In this document: piece after piece, positions 15,968 through 25,900 of the stretch
Layout: each line of letters starts with the position of its first letter
Numbering within the stretch: position 1 is the first letter of the stretch
Source: Gemmata obscuriglobus
Lineage (GTDB): Bacteria; Planctomycetota; Planctomycetia; Gemmatales; Gemmataceae
NCBI RefSeq assembly: GCF_008065095.1
Contig: NZ_CP042911.1
Coordinates: forward strand, 5,280,001-5,312,000
DNA: 32,000 bases
Direction of reading: 5' to 3'
Translations under genes and position numbers: made by a program
Notes under the pieces: generated by a model
Told to the model about the DNA's origin: nothing
What the model saw: the letters and a program-made list of their open reading frames with translations, nothing else
Databases searched by the model: none

Positions 15968-16810
15968 GTGATGCGTTCTGTTCTGTTCGTGGTGCTGGCA
16001 ACCGGAACGGCCGGCCTGCTCCCCGCTGCCGACGGCCCGTTCAAAGCCCCGCCCGTCTGGAAACCGCTCTTCAGCGGGGTGGAACTCACCGACCTGATCG
16101 GCGACACGCCGCGCCTCATGAAGGGGCACGCGGTCCGGATCGATCTGAAGGCGGCGGGCATCGGGTTCCTCGCCACCCCGGGCAACGGCGACCGACCCGG
16201 CGAGACCGACGGGCTGAAGACGAGCACGTTTCTGAAGCGCCACAAGTTGCAACTGGCGATCAACGCGGCGCCGTTCGGCCCGATCCACAAGGATGAGGAG
16301 AAGGAGCAGGACGTCGTCGGCGTTCAGGTGAGCGGCGGGAAGCTCGTCTCGCCGGCTCAGCCCGGATACCCCGCGCTGCTGCTCGCGAAGGACAACCGCG
16401 CCCGGATCGCGGCCCCGCCGTTCGACCTAGAAGGGATCGAGAACGCGGTCGGCGGGTTCCACATCGTGCTGAAGGGCGGTGAGGTGCTAACCGGCGACAA
16501 GTCGATCCACCCGCGCACCGCGGCGGGCGTTTCGGCCGACGGGAAAACGCTGGTGCTGCTTGTCATCGACGGCCGGCAGAAGGATTTCAGCGACGGCGCC
16601 ACCACGGCAGAGGTCGGTGAGTGGCTGAAGGCACTGGGGTGCGCCGAGGGCATCAACCTCGACGGCGGCGGCACGACGACGCTGGTGGTCGCGGGTGCGG
16701 ACGGCGCGCCGAAGCTGATCAACCGGCCGATCCACGCGAACAAGTCCGGGACCGAGCGGGTATCGGCCAGTCACCTGGGGGTGTTCGCCAAACCGTTACC
16801 ACAGAAGTAG
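15968..16810 (+). CDS. Secreted phosphodiester glycosidase family protein (NAGPA / DUF2233-like)
   Basis: GTG at 15968 is immediately followed by ATG at 15971, and either could be the start. The signal peptide is MMRSVLFVVLATGTAGLLPAA. The C-terminal motifs are PRTAAGVSADGKTLVLLVIDGRQ and INLDGGGTTTLV. Confidence 0.85.
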   Translation: MMRSVLFVVLATGTAGLLPAADGPFKAPPVWKPLFSGVELTDLIGDTPRLMKGHAVRIDLKAAGIGFLATPGNGDRPGETDGLKTSTFLKRHKLQLAINAAPFGPIHKDEEKEQDVVGVQVSGGKLVSPAQPGYPALLLAKDNRARIAAPPFDLEGIENAVGGFHIVLKGGEVLTGDKSIHPRTAAGVSADGKTLVLLVIDGRQKDFSDGATTAEVGEWLKALGCAEGINLDGGGTTTLVVAGADGAPKLINRPIHANKSGTERVSASHLGVFAKPLPQK

Positions 16811-16852
16811 TTGTTGCGGCGATGTGAAGTGAGAGGCCGCACCGGCGGAGGT

Positions 16853-17392
16853 TCAACCCGGGTTTTCATTCGGGCCGGGCGATGGCGGCTCCACGGGGGG
16901 CACGTGCGCGTTACGCACGGCGTCCAGATGGCCGAGCAGTTGGCGAGCCTCCTCCGCGCTTTCGAACAGGACCGGGTCCAGCGGGACCGGGTCGCGGCGG
17001 TCTGAACAGCCCAATCCAACGAAGTAACCGTCGCGGAATTCGATGACGCACGTCGAGGTGATGTGCGAAATGGGAATCCTGTAAACCGTTGCGTAAATAC
17101 GAACAACGACGGTCGTCTTGCTAACCTCGATCCTGAAGTGCGTGTCCCCTGTGACGAGTACCCTGAGGCACTTAAACAGGGCGTGCAGCGTAATGCCGAA
17201 GGCGAGCTGCCAGCCGGGACCGATGCCGAGGCGCCTGCCCCAATCCTCGCCTTGATACTTGACCAACCCCAAGGCGATCATGCCGGCGAGGAGCACGACG
17301 ACGACGCAGCCGGCGCGTGCTGCCCGTGTGCGTGCGAAGCGGTCACCGGGTGACACCACCAGCCGATCACGCTGTTCGTCGTACCGAATCAT
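16853..17392 (-). CDS. Hypothetical membrane protein (two predicted TM helices, then a beta-rich domain)
   Basis: 179-aa ORF with an ATG start. Hydrophobic stretches are CVVVVLLAGMIALGLV and WQLAFGITLHALF. It lies in DNA of reduced GC. No family was recognised. Confidence 0.55.
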   Translation of the reverse strand: MIRYDEQRDRLVVSPGDRFARTRAARAGCVVVVLLAGMIALGLVKYQGEDWGRRLGIGPGWQLAFGITLHALFKCLRVLVTGDTHFRIEVSKTTVVVRIYATVYRIPISHITSTCVIEFRDGYFVGLGCSDRRDPVPLDPVLFESAEEARQLLGHLDAVRNAHVPPVEPPSPGPNENPG

Positions 17393-17444
17393 GCGCCCCT
17401 CTGGCAGCGAAGCGGTCCGTTCATCCGCCCAGCGAGCGCCACCG

Positions 17445-17774
17445 TCAGTCCGCGGTCGCGGCGCGTGTTCGCTCCTCGTGTCGCCTCAGCATACCATCAA
17501 CGACGAACGGCCCGAACGGAACAATCGAAGCGACGGCGGCGCAGCCCACCAGCTTCGCGGTAACGGCCCCCTGCCCCCACGCGACGAACGTGACGAGCGC
17601 GTACCCGATGAACAGCGCGCCGTGGACCGCGCCGACCCAGTAAACGACTTCCTTGCCGAGTTCGGGCATCCCGGAGAGGTACTTCAGCGGCATCGCGATG
17701 AAGAACAGGACCAGCGCGGAAACGCCTTCCACGAGACCGGCCGCGCGAACGCGGCCAACCGGAGTGTGCAGCAC
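17445..17774 (-). CDS. DUF3817-family small integral membrane protein
   Basis: 109 aa with a GTG start. The pattern PLKYL...VGAVHGALFIGYA...IVPFGPFV is characteristic of DUF3817. Confidence 0.75.
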   Translation of the reverse strand: MLHTPVGRVRAAGLVEGVSALVLFFIAMPLKYLSGMPELGKEVVYWVGAVHGALFIGYALVTFVAWGQGAVTAKLVGCAAVASIVPFGPFVVDGMLRRHEERTRAATAD

Positions 17775-17988
17775 TGTGCTTTCCTCAACAATGAAGCGGT
17801 GCGGGACTCAGCTATTTTATGGCCCGGATGATCTGTGAGGCAGACGCCGTGTTAGCCGTGCGCCAGGCCGTAGCAGCCGTTGCGCACCAACTCACTCGCA
17901 CAATTACCGATCTGTACTCGCCGAAGTGTCGGCTGATTCCCCGTCCATAAGATCGTCCCGGTGCACAAACACTCATTGGGGATGGTCT

Positions 17989-18750
17989 ATGCTCGTACTT
18001 CGCCTCCTTGCTATTGTCGGCATTCTCTCGGGCCTCAGTGGATGCGGATAACAGCCAGTTGTGCCCCCCACTAGTGACAAACCGGGAGACGATAAGGGAG
18101 CGCCCGCGCCGTCCCCGATCTACAAGGTCAAATCTGAAGACCTTGCTGCAGAATTCAAACAGAACGAGGCCGCGGCACAAGCTAAATACTCTGGCGCGGT
18201 CATTGAGGTGAGCGGCAAAATCATTTTCCTCGGATTGCGAAATGTCGACAATGCCCTTGTTGGATTGCGAGAAACTCAGGACCAAAAGTCCGGATCAAGC
18301 ATCGGCCTAAGCGTCGTGATGAAGGGAAGAAGCGTAATTGGTAAAATCGCTTGTGAACAAGAGGTTTCTATACGCTGCACCTGGAAAAAGACACCGCTCT
18401 CGTCGGGCCTCGTCGAGGGAGAACTTCTCACAACCGGACCTGACACGGCGGTACGAATGACATCAGAGGAGTTTGCACAACAGTTTACGGCTGATCCCAA
18501 GGGGATGAAGGAAAAATGCCGGGATCGAACCATCATTCTGCGGGGGGCGGTTGATTCCGGGCCAGACCCCAAGGGCCAAGCCAACGAGTTCGGTCTCAAA
18601 GGCAACGGCCGGATCCGTATTCGCTGTCGAATCCAACCGGCCTATGTAGATGAATGCCCGGTTCCCGCCATCGGGAAAGACGTTACGGTTGTTGCGTCAT
18701 TGTGGCTAGTGGACGAGGGCGAAAGCGTGTTCCTCTTCGTCCACATGTGA
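17989..18750 (+). pseudogene. Lipoprotein with two tRNA_anti-like OB-fold domains, interrupted by an in-frame TAA between the lipobox and the mature region
   Basis: ATG 17989 encodes MLVLRLLAIVGILSGLSGCG, then TAA at 18049-18051. The same frame continues QPV-(GTG 18061)-PPTSDKPGDDKG... to TGA 18748-18750. KVKSEDLAAEFKQNEAAAQAKYSGAVIEVSGKI is the typical start of tRNA_anti-like (PF12869) domains, and a second copy starts at VRMTSEEFAQQF. Alternatively, 18061-18750 is an intact, signal-less CDS. Confidence 0.6.
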
Positions 18751-18754
18751 ACCA

Positions 18755-20113
18755 TCACTTAAGCCGCTCTTTCCACTCGCCCAACTGCCGTTCGACCTCG
18801 GCCGGGGCGGTCGAGCCGTAGCTGCGGAACGCCGCCAGGCTGTTCGCCACGCCCAGCGCGGCCTTGACCTCGGGCGCGGGGAACAGTTCGGCCGGGAGAT
18901 CGGCGAGGCGGCACTTGCGCTGCTCGCACTCCCGCACCAGGTTACCGACCACCTCGTGGGCCGAGCGCATCGGCACGCCGCGGGCGATGAGCGCTTCCAT
19001 CAACGTCGTGGCGTCGAGGAACCCGTCTTCGATGCGGGCGGCAATGACCTCGCGCCGCAGCTTCGTCTGGCTCACGAGCGGGGCGGCCACCGCCAAGCAC
19101 CCCTGAACGGTGTCGAAGGCGTCGAAAAGGGCGGTTTTGTCTTCCTGAAGGTCGCGGTTGTACGCCAGCGGCAACCCCTTCACCAGCAGGAAGAGCTGTT
19201 GCAGCGCGCCGATCACGCGGCCGGCCTTTCCGCGGGTCAGTTCCAGCACGTCCGGGTTCTTCTTGTGCGGCATGATGCTCGACCCCGTGCAGAACGCGTC
19301 GGGCAAGTCGAGGAAGTTGAACTCGGTGGTGCTCCAGATCACCCACTCTTCCGCCCAGCCGCTCAGGTGCGCGGCGACGAGCGACAGGCAGAACACGAAC
19401 TCCAGCGCGAAGTCACGGTCGCTGGACACGTCGAGGCTGTTCCGCGCGACCGAATCGAACGCGAGCTTGGCCCGCACCGACTCGCGGTCGATGGGCAGCG
19501 AGGTGCCCGCGAGCGCCGCGGCCCCGAGCGGCAGCACGTTCACCCGCTTGCGGCAGTCGGCGAGCCGCTCGCGGTCGCGCTGGAACTTCTCGGCGTAGGC
19601 CAGGAAGTAGTGCGCCGCGAGCACCGGCTGCGCGCGCTGCAGGTGCGTGTACCCGGGCAGGATCAACCCCCGCTCGCGCTCCGCCGACTCCACGAACGAG
19701 CGCTGGAGGTCGGCGAGGAGGGAATCCAGCTCGTCGATCGCGTCGCGGGTCCAAAGCTTGAGGTCCGTCACCACCTGGTCGTTGCGGCTGCGGCCCGTGT
19801 GCAGCTTGCGGCCGGTGTCGCCGAGCCTCGCGATCAGCGCGCGCTCGATGTGGGTGTGGATGTCCTCAAGGGAGATCTTGTACTCCATCTTGCCGGCGTC
19901 GATGTCGGCCCCGATGTCGTCGAGGGCGCGAACGATCTGCTCGGCCTCTTGCGCCGTGAGCATGCCCACCTCGGCGAGCATCCGGGCGTGCGCCTGGCTC
20001 CCCTGGATGTCGTGCCGGTACAGCCGCTTGTCGAAGCTGATCGATTCCGTGAACGCTTCCACGCGCGAGTCGGTGCCGCCGCTGAACCGCCCGCCCCAGG
20101 TCTTCTGACTCAT
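18755..20113 (-). CDS. argH: Argininosuccinate lyase
   Basis: 452 aa. The N-terminal WGGRFSGG and the fumarate-lyase signature [12 protein letters not shown] are present. It is full length. Confidence 0.95.
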   Translation of the reverse strand: MSQKTWGGRFSGGTDSRVEAFTESISFDKRLYRHDIQGSQAHARMLAEVGMLTAQEAEQIVRALDDIGADIDAGKMEYKISLEDIHTHIERALIARLGDTGRKLHTGRSRNDQVVTDLKLWTRDAIDELDSLLADLQRSFVESAERERGLILPGYTHLQRAQPVLAAHYFLAYAEKFQRDRERLADCRKRVNVLPLGAAALAGTSLPIDRESVRAKLAFDSVARNSLDVSSDRDFALEFVFCLSLVAAHLSGWAEEWVIWSTTEFNFLDLPDAFCTGSSIMPHKKNPDVLELTRGKAGRVIGALQQLFLLVKGLPLAYNRDLQEDKTALFDAFDTVQGCLAVAAPLVSQTKLRREVIAARIEDGFLDATTLMEALIARGVPMRSAHEVVGNLVRECEQRKCRLADLPAELFPAPEVKAALGVANSLAAFRSYGSTAPAEVERQLGEWKERLK

Positions 20114-20138
20114 GTTCGTTGCTTGCCGCTCGTCGGGT

Positions 20139-20203
20139 GGGGCAAGGCTTTGCGCAGCCCCACCGCTCGCGTGACACGGCGGGACTGCGCAAAGCCTTGC
20201 CCC
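20139..20203. repeat. 19-bp perfect inverted repeat with 27-nt spacer, in the divergent argH / secreted-protein intergenic region
   Basis: GGGGCAAGGCTTTGCGCAG (20139-20157) pairs with CTGCGCAAAGCCTTGCCCC (20185-20203). There are 25 nt between it and the argH start codon. Confidence 0.8.
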
Positions 20204-20304
20204 GCCTCTAGGGTGTGGTTTTAGGATTTCTCCGCCGGCCTGACACTTTCCTCCGCCCCGCCGAGTACAGTGAGTGACGCCCAGTCCCTCCGGAGTTCAC
20301 GAAT

Positions 20305-21927
20305 ATGCGATTCCGCTGGCTCGCCGCGCTCGCCGTGGCCCTCGCCTCCACCGGCCTTGCGAACGCGCAGCCCAAGCCCCTTGAGCCGACGATCGAGGTG
20401 CGGCTCCGCTCCGTCAACGACCTGGTGGACAAGTTCGAGTACGTCGCGGCCCTGGCGGGCAAGGAGGACGCCGCCGCTCGGGTGCGCGAGTTCCTCAAGG
20501 CGCTCAGTGCCGACAAGAAGGGTATCGAGGGCATCGACCCGAAACAGCCGTTCGGGGCGTACGCGCTGCTCGAAAAAGAGGTGGCCAACAGCCCGTTCGT
20601 CGTCATGGTGCCGGTCGCCGACGAGGAGCAGTTCCTCAAAGCGCTCGAGAAGCACCTGGGCGTGACCGTGGAGAAGGGCGACGAGGGCACCAAGAAGGTG
20701 CCCGTGCCGCTGGCGGGCGAGGCGCACCTGCGGTTCGCCAACGGCTACGTGTACGTGTCGCAGAAGGTGAAGGACCTCGACGCCAAGGCGCTCGTCAAGC
20801 CCGCGACCTACTTCGCGAACGACGACGGGGCGATCGCGTCCCTGATCGTTCACGTCGACCGCATCCCCGCGGACCTGCGGGCCTTCGCGTTCGGGCAGTT
20901 CGAGCTGGGCGTGAACCAGGAGCGCAAGAAGAACGAGGGGAACGAGAGCCCGGCGGAAAAGAAGCTCAAGGGCCTCGTGTTCGACGCCATCCTGGCGGGC
21001 ACCAAGGGCACGCTGGACGACGGCAAGGACCTGACCATCAAGCTCTTCGCCGATCCGAAGTCCGACGACCTGAACGCGGAGGTGACCTTCAGCGCGAAGA
21101 GCGGGACGACGACCGCCCGGAACTTCTCCGCGCTGGGCAGCAAAACGAGCCTGCCGGCGGGCATCGTCGCGACCGCCAACCCGGCCGCGAAGGGCAACCT
21201 GAAACTCGCCATGACCGACGGCATCAAAAAGGAGTTCTCCGCGGCCGTGGACGAGCTGTTCGCCGAGGCGCTCAAGAAGGCGCCGGACGACCAGCAGGCG
21301 GTGCTGAAGTCGCTGATCGCGGCCGTCGGCCCGACGATCAAGTCCGGCGAGCTGGACGTGGCCGCGTCGCTGGTCGGCCCGAACGCGAAGGGCCACGTGC
21401 ATCTCATCACCGCGCTGGCCGCGAAGGACGGTAAGGAGTTCGAGAAGTTCGTCAAGAAGTTCGTGGGCGACTACGGCGACCTCATCGGCGCGTTCGTCGA
21501 GATCAAGCTCGACGTCGAGAAGGTCGGCGCGTTCAACCTCCACCGGATCGAACTGCAGCAGGCGGACGAGAATTTCGAGAAGATCTTCGGCACGAAGGTG
21601 TTCTGGCTGGCCACCTCGGACACCGCGCTCGCGATCAGCATCGAACCGGAGGGCGAGCTGATCAAGAAGGGCCTGAAGGCGCAGCCGGTACCGGTCGCGG
21701 TGGCGTCGGTGGACGCGGCGGTGGCGAAGCTGGCCCCGCTCGCACAGCCGGACGCCAAGCCCGACGAACTGAAGGCGTTGCTGAAGGACGCGTTCGGCGG
21801 CAACCCGGCCGGTAAAGACACGGCGACCTTCAGCATTGAGGGCGGCGAGCAACTGAAGGTAAAGTTCAAACTCAAGGGCAAGGCGGTCCGCTTCGGCGCG
21901 GGGCTCGACGCGCTCAAAGGGAAATGA
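20305..21927 (+). CDS. Secreted Lys-rich hypothetical protein (540 aa)
   Basis: ATG start and signal peptide MRFRWLAALAVALASTGLANAQ. The composition is balanced, unlike the 543-aa Arg-rich antisense ORF. No family was recognised. Confidence 0.8.
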   Translation: MRFRWLAALAVALASTGLANAQPKPLEPTIEVRLRSVNDLVDKFEYVAALAGKEDAAARVREFLKALSADKKGIEGIDPKQPFGAYALLEKEVANSPFVVMVPVADEEQFLKALEKHLGVTVEKGDEGTKKVPVPLAGEAHLRFANGYVYVSQKVKDLDAKALVKPATYFANDDGAIASLIVHVDRIPADLRAFAFGQFELGVNQERKKNEGNESPAEKKLKGLVFDAILAGTKGTLDDGKDLTIKLFADPKSDDLNAEVTFSAKSGTTTARNFSALGSKTSLPAGIVATANPAAKGNLKLAMTDGIKKEFSAAVDELFAEALKKAPDDQQAVLKSLIAAVGPTIKSGELDVAASLVGPNAKGHVHLITALAAKDGKEFEKFVKKFVGDYGDLIGAFVEIKLDVEKVGAFNLHRIELQQADENFEKIFGTKVFWLATSDTALAISIEPEGELIKKGLKAQPVPVAVASVDAAVAKLAPLAQPDAKPDELKALLKDAFGGNPAGKDTATFSIEGGEQLKVKFKLKGKAVRFGAGLDALKGK

Positions 21928-21933
21928 TGTTTC

Positions 21934-21970
21934 TCATTCGCTCTCCGGCGCCGCACCGGGGAGCGAATGA
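21934..21970 (+). terminator. 15-bp stem (one G-U position) / 7-nt loop hairpin just after the 540-aa gene
   Basis: TCATTCGCTCTCCGG-cgccgca-CCGGGGAGCGAATGA begins 7 nt after the TGA at 21925-21927. Confidence 0.5.
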
Positions 21971-22112
21971 AATGCGGGACCGGACCGATGACGGCACACG
22001 CGGCGGCCGCCGAAGCGAGTCGGGGCCGTCGCGGCCTTTCGATCACTTGAGGCGGTCCGCCTGCGATCGCACCGCAGTGGGTCAAGTAGCCACGAAACCG
22101 TCGCACAACACG

Positions 22113-22544
22113 CTATTCGCCCGCCACCGACGCCCGGTACCGCGTGACCACGAACTCGATCACGTGCTCGCTGGTGACCTCACTGACAGGCGCCTGGAGC
22201 GGCCACTCGTGAACGAACACGTTGTGACCGTCACGGACCAGCTCGCGGGCGAGCACGTGAACGCCGGTCGGACCGGAGCGGAACCGGAACTTCAGATCCA
22301 ACTCGGACCGCTCCCGGGACGCGCGCACCACGAACCCGATGGCGCCCGGGCCGGCCGTAATTTCCACCCGGCGCCCGAGCGCACGCAACTCCACGGCGAC
22401 CTGCTCCAAGGCCGGCGCGACCGTTCCCGTCAACCAGAGCGTGGCTTCCGCTTTGAGGATGTCATCGGACCGCGCCCGCTCGACCGACTCGACCTCACCG
22501 GCACGCCCGGCCGCAGCCGCCAAGCTGGCCCGCCATTCGCTCAT
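22113..22544 (-). CDS. Hypothetical protein (143 aa)
   Basis: ATG start, plausible composition, no recognised motifs. Confidence 0.55.
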   Translation of the reverse strand: MSEWRASLAAAAGRAGEVESVERARSDDILKAEATLWLTGTVAPALEQVAVELRALGRRVEITAGPGAIGFVVRASRERSELDLKFRFRSGPTGVHVLARELVRDGHNVFVHEWPLQAPVSEVTSEHVIEFVVTRYRASVAGE

Positions 22545-22900
22545 GGGAACGGCCTTTCAGATCGGGTGATATGTGCGGGCGAAAATCCGAGATGGGCTAC
22601 ATAGCGGCGGCGTGGTGCCGGGACCAGCGCCCTGAACCAGGATCGTTGTGAGGAGAATGCGGCGCAGCCGTCATAAACGGAAAACTCGTACCAATCGAAC
22701 GCACACCGCAGAAGATGGTGGGCCGCACCGACAGGTCCACGGCGCGGCTCTTGTCCAGCTCCCCCCGGTTTCCCCTCAATAACCCGCCCGCCACGCCACT
22801 CAAGTCGGTCGAAATCCGGGCCGAGAAGAACACACCCATCTTCGACCTTCGGGGGTAGCGTCAGCCCTCATGCGCTCACGACTCGTCGGCCAGCTCGAAG

Positions 22901-25900
22901 CTACCCGGTTCGGGACCGAAGGTGTTGCGAGTGGTCGAGCGCCTCACGCACCTTGGCGGCCAGCGATTCGGACAAAAACGGCTTGGGCAGGAAGTGCTCG
23001 GTGTCGCACCGGACGCCGTACTTGAGCAGCGAACCGTCGGTGTAGCCGCTCATAAACAGCACTTCGAGCCCGGGCCGTCCGGCCCGGAGTTGCTCGGCGA
23101 CGACCCGGCCGCTGGCCCCTGGCAGGACCACATCCGTGAGCAGCAGGTGGATCGGCCCCGGGTGCGCGGCCGCCACCGCCAGCGCCTCGGCCCCGTCCGA
23201 CGCTTCAAGGACCTTGTACCCGCGGGCGGTCAGGGTGAGGCGAGCGAAGGCCCGGACGCGCGCATCGTCTTCCACCACCAGAACCGTTTCCGCGCCGCCC
23301 GCGGGCGACACGGTCGGAACCGTTACCGGCCCGGGCGCGGCCGGCTCGGCCGCGCGGGGAAAGTAGATGTCGAACCGGGTTCCGGCCCCGGGCGCACTCG
23401 TCACGGCCAGGTGCCCGGCGCTCTGCTCGACGATCCCGTACACAGTGGACAACCCGAGCCCGGTCCCGTGTCCCGCGGCCTTCGTTGTGAAGAACGGTTC
23501 GAAGATCCGCGACAGCACATCCTGCGACATCCCCGTGCCGGTGTCGGACACACTCAGCCGCACGTGCGGCCCGGGCCGCGCCCCCCTGTGCTCCCGGGCG
23601 TACCCCTCGTCCAGCTCCGCGTTCCCGATCTCGACGGTTAGGGCGCCCCCGGTCGGCATCGCGTCCCGGGCGTTGACCGCCAGGTTCATGAGCACCTGTT
23701 CGATCTGCCCCGGGTCGGCGCGGACCGGCCACACCCGAGCCCCGGCGCTCACCCGCAACCGGATGTCGGCGCCGAGCAACTGGCGGAGCAACTTCTCGGT
23801 GCCGCGCGTCACCGTACTAAGGTCCAGCACCTGCGGGGCGAGTACCTGCTGCCGGCTGAACGCGAGCAACTGGCGGGTGAGGTCGGCCGACCGCTTTCCG
23901 GCGTGCCGGATCTCCTCAATGTGCTCTCGCAGCGGGCTCTTCGGCCCCACCTCGTTAAGGAGCAAGGTGCTGTAGCCGTTGATGACCGTCAGCAAGTTGT
24001 TGAAGTCGTGCGCCACCCCGCCCGCCAGCCGCCCCAGCGCGTCCATCTTTTGAGCCTGGCGGAACTGGTCCTCCAGGTTGCGTCGCCGGGTCACGTCCGT
24101 GTGCACCCCGATGAAGTGCGTCAGCCGGCCCGTCGCGTCCCGCACCGGGGAGATCGACAGCTCGCTCCAGAAGGGGGAGCCGTCCTTCTTGTAGTTCAAC
24201 AGCTCCACGGCACACGGCACGCCGGCGCGCACCGCCGCGCGGACCTGCGCGACCGCCTCCGCGCTCGTGTCCCGCCCCTGCAGCAGGTGCCAGTTCCGCC
24301 CCATCACCTCCGCGGCGGTGTACCCCGTCAGCCGCTCGAACCCCGGGCTGGCGAACACGACGGGGTGGTCCGGGTGCTCGGCGTCGGAGATCAGGATGCC
24401 CTGCGTCACGGCCTGGATGGCGCGGTCCCGCACGCGCAGCGCCTCCTCGGCCGCGCGCCGGGCGGTCACATCTTGGGTCAGGCACAGGAACCCGGTGAAC
24501 CGGCCGTCGTCGCCGAAGAGCGGGGTGTTGTGCCACTCGCAGACGATGACCCGCCCGTCCCGGGTGAGGTTCTCGTTAACGGAGTGGGCCGACATGTCCC
24601 CGCTTCGGATCCGCTCGAACAGTACCCCGGCCTCGTGTTGGGACGAGGCCGGCATGAGATCGAACCCGCTCATCCCGAGGGCCGCGCTCCGGGGGTGGCC
24701 GAAAATGCGCTCGGCCGCCGGGTTCCACTCGACGACGCGCGCGTCGGCGCCGAACAGGATGTAGCCCAGCGGCATGCGCTCGATCTGGAGCCGGAGCCGG
24801 GCCAGCAGGGCGTCGCGCTCGCCCGCAAGCCGGTTCCGCTCGGTCACGTCCCGCGAGATCCCGAGCACCCCGACGACGGCCCCGTCGGCGTTACGGTGCG
24901 GGGCCTTGGTGACCGAAAACGTCCGGAGCTGGCCGCCCGTGGTGAGCGCCTCCTCGTCCGTCACCACCCGACCCGTTTCGATCACCTCAAGGTCGTTGCT
25001 CCGGATGACCCGGGCGCTGACCGGGTCGAACAAGTCGGCGTCGGACCGCCCCAGCACCTCGGCGGCGGGGCGGCCCATGACCGCCGCGGCGGCCGAGTTC
25101 GCGAGCAGGTATCGGCCGGCACGATCCTTGACGAAGATCGCGTCCGTCGTGCCCTCGACCACGGCCCCGAGCAACTCGCCGGTCCGCCGCAGTTCCGACG
25201 CCATACGCTCCCGTTCGGTCACGTCCCGAACGATGAGCGTGTAAAACCGCCGCCCGCCCGTCGATCCGAGCGACACCGAAACCTCTGCCGGGAACTCGTC
25301 CCCGCCCTGGCGGATTCCCCGTGCGGGGAACGCTTGTGCCGGCGCGGCGTCACCGTCACCGGCGGACGGCGTGCCGGGAATGAAGTCGCCGACCGGGCGC
25401 CCCAGGGCGCCGGCCGCGGGGCACCGGAACATCCGCTCGGCGGCCGGGTTGAACAGCGTGACCCGCCGGTCCGGCCCGGCGCCGATGATCGCGTCGTGGG
25501 CGGCCGCGATGAGGGACGCGAGCTGACACTCGGTGCGCACCTGCCCGAGCGCCCGTTCGACGGCGTCCGGGAGGTAGTCCAGGTACTCGATCGACTTGGT
25601 GACGAAATCCCGGACCCCGAGGCGCAGCGCCCGGATCACGGTCGCCTCGCTGCTGAACCCGGTCACCAGGATGACCGGGACGTCGTACCCGGCGGCTTTC
25701 ACCTGCACGTAGAAGTCCAGCCCGTCGGTGTCGTCGGGCAGGCGGTAATCGAGGAGGATCAGGTCCACCTCGGTGGTCGCGAGCGCGGCCAGCGCGCCGG
25801 CCGCGGTGGCCGCGACCAGGACCCTGTACCCGGCGTCTTCGAGGCGGACCTGCTCCAGTTCGGCGAGGCCGGCGTCGTCCTCGACGATCAGCACCGTGGC

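Noticed and set aside
17812-18285. A 157-aa minus-strand ORF overlapping the start of the OB-fold lipoprotein gene
   Set aside because: It overlaps a gene with recognisable domain repeats on the other strand. Its sequence is low-complexity or odd (…FRFDLVDRGRRGRSLIVSRF…), and nothing supports a start site.
20221-21852. A 543-aa minus-strand ORF antisense to the secreted 540-aa gene. Similar antisense ORFs are 18956-20224 (+, opposite argH), 12976-14658 (+), 11554-12903 (+), 3151-4503 (+), 14895-15929 (+) and 29743-30567 (+).
   Set aside because: All have Arg/Gly/Pro/His/Val-skewed low-complexity translations and lie opposite genes with strong family motifs or signal peptides. They are high-GC artefacts.
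22545-22900. A 355-nt gap containing track ORF 22597-22839 (-, 80 aa)
   Set aside because: The translation (…GVAGGLLRGNRGELDKSRAVDL…HHAAAM) has no start context, motif or plausible fold. I saw no convincing hairpin, repeat or RNA-gene signature either. It is treated as plain intergenic or promoter DNA.
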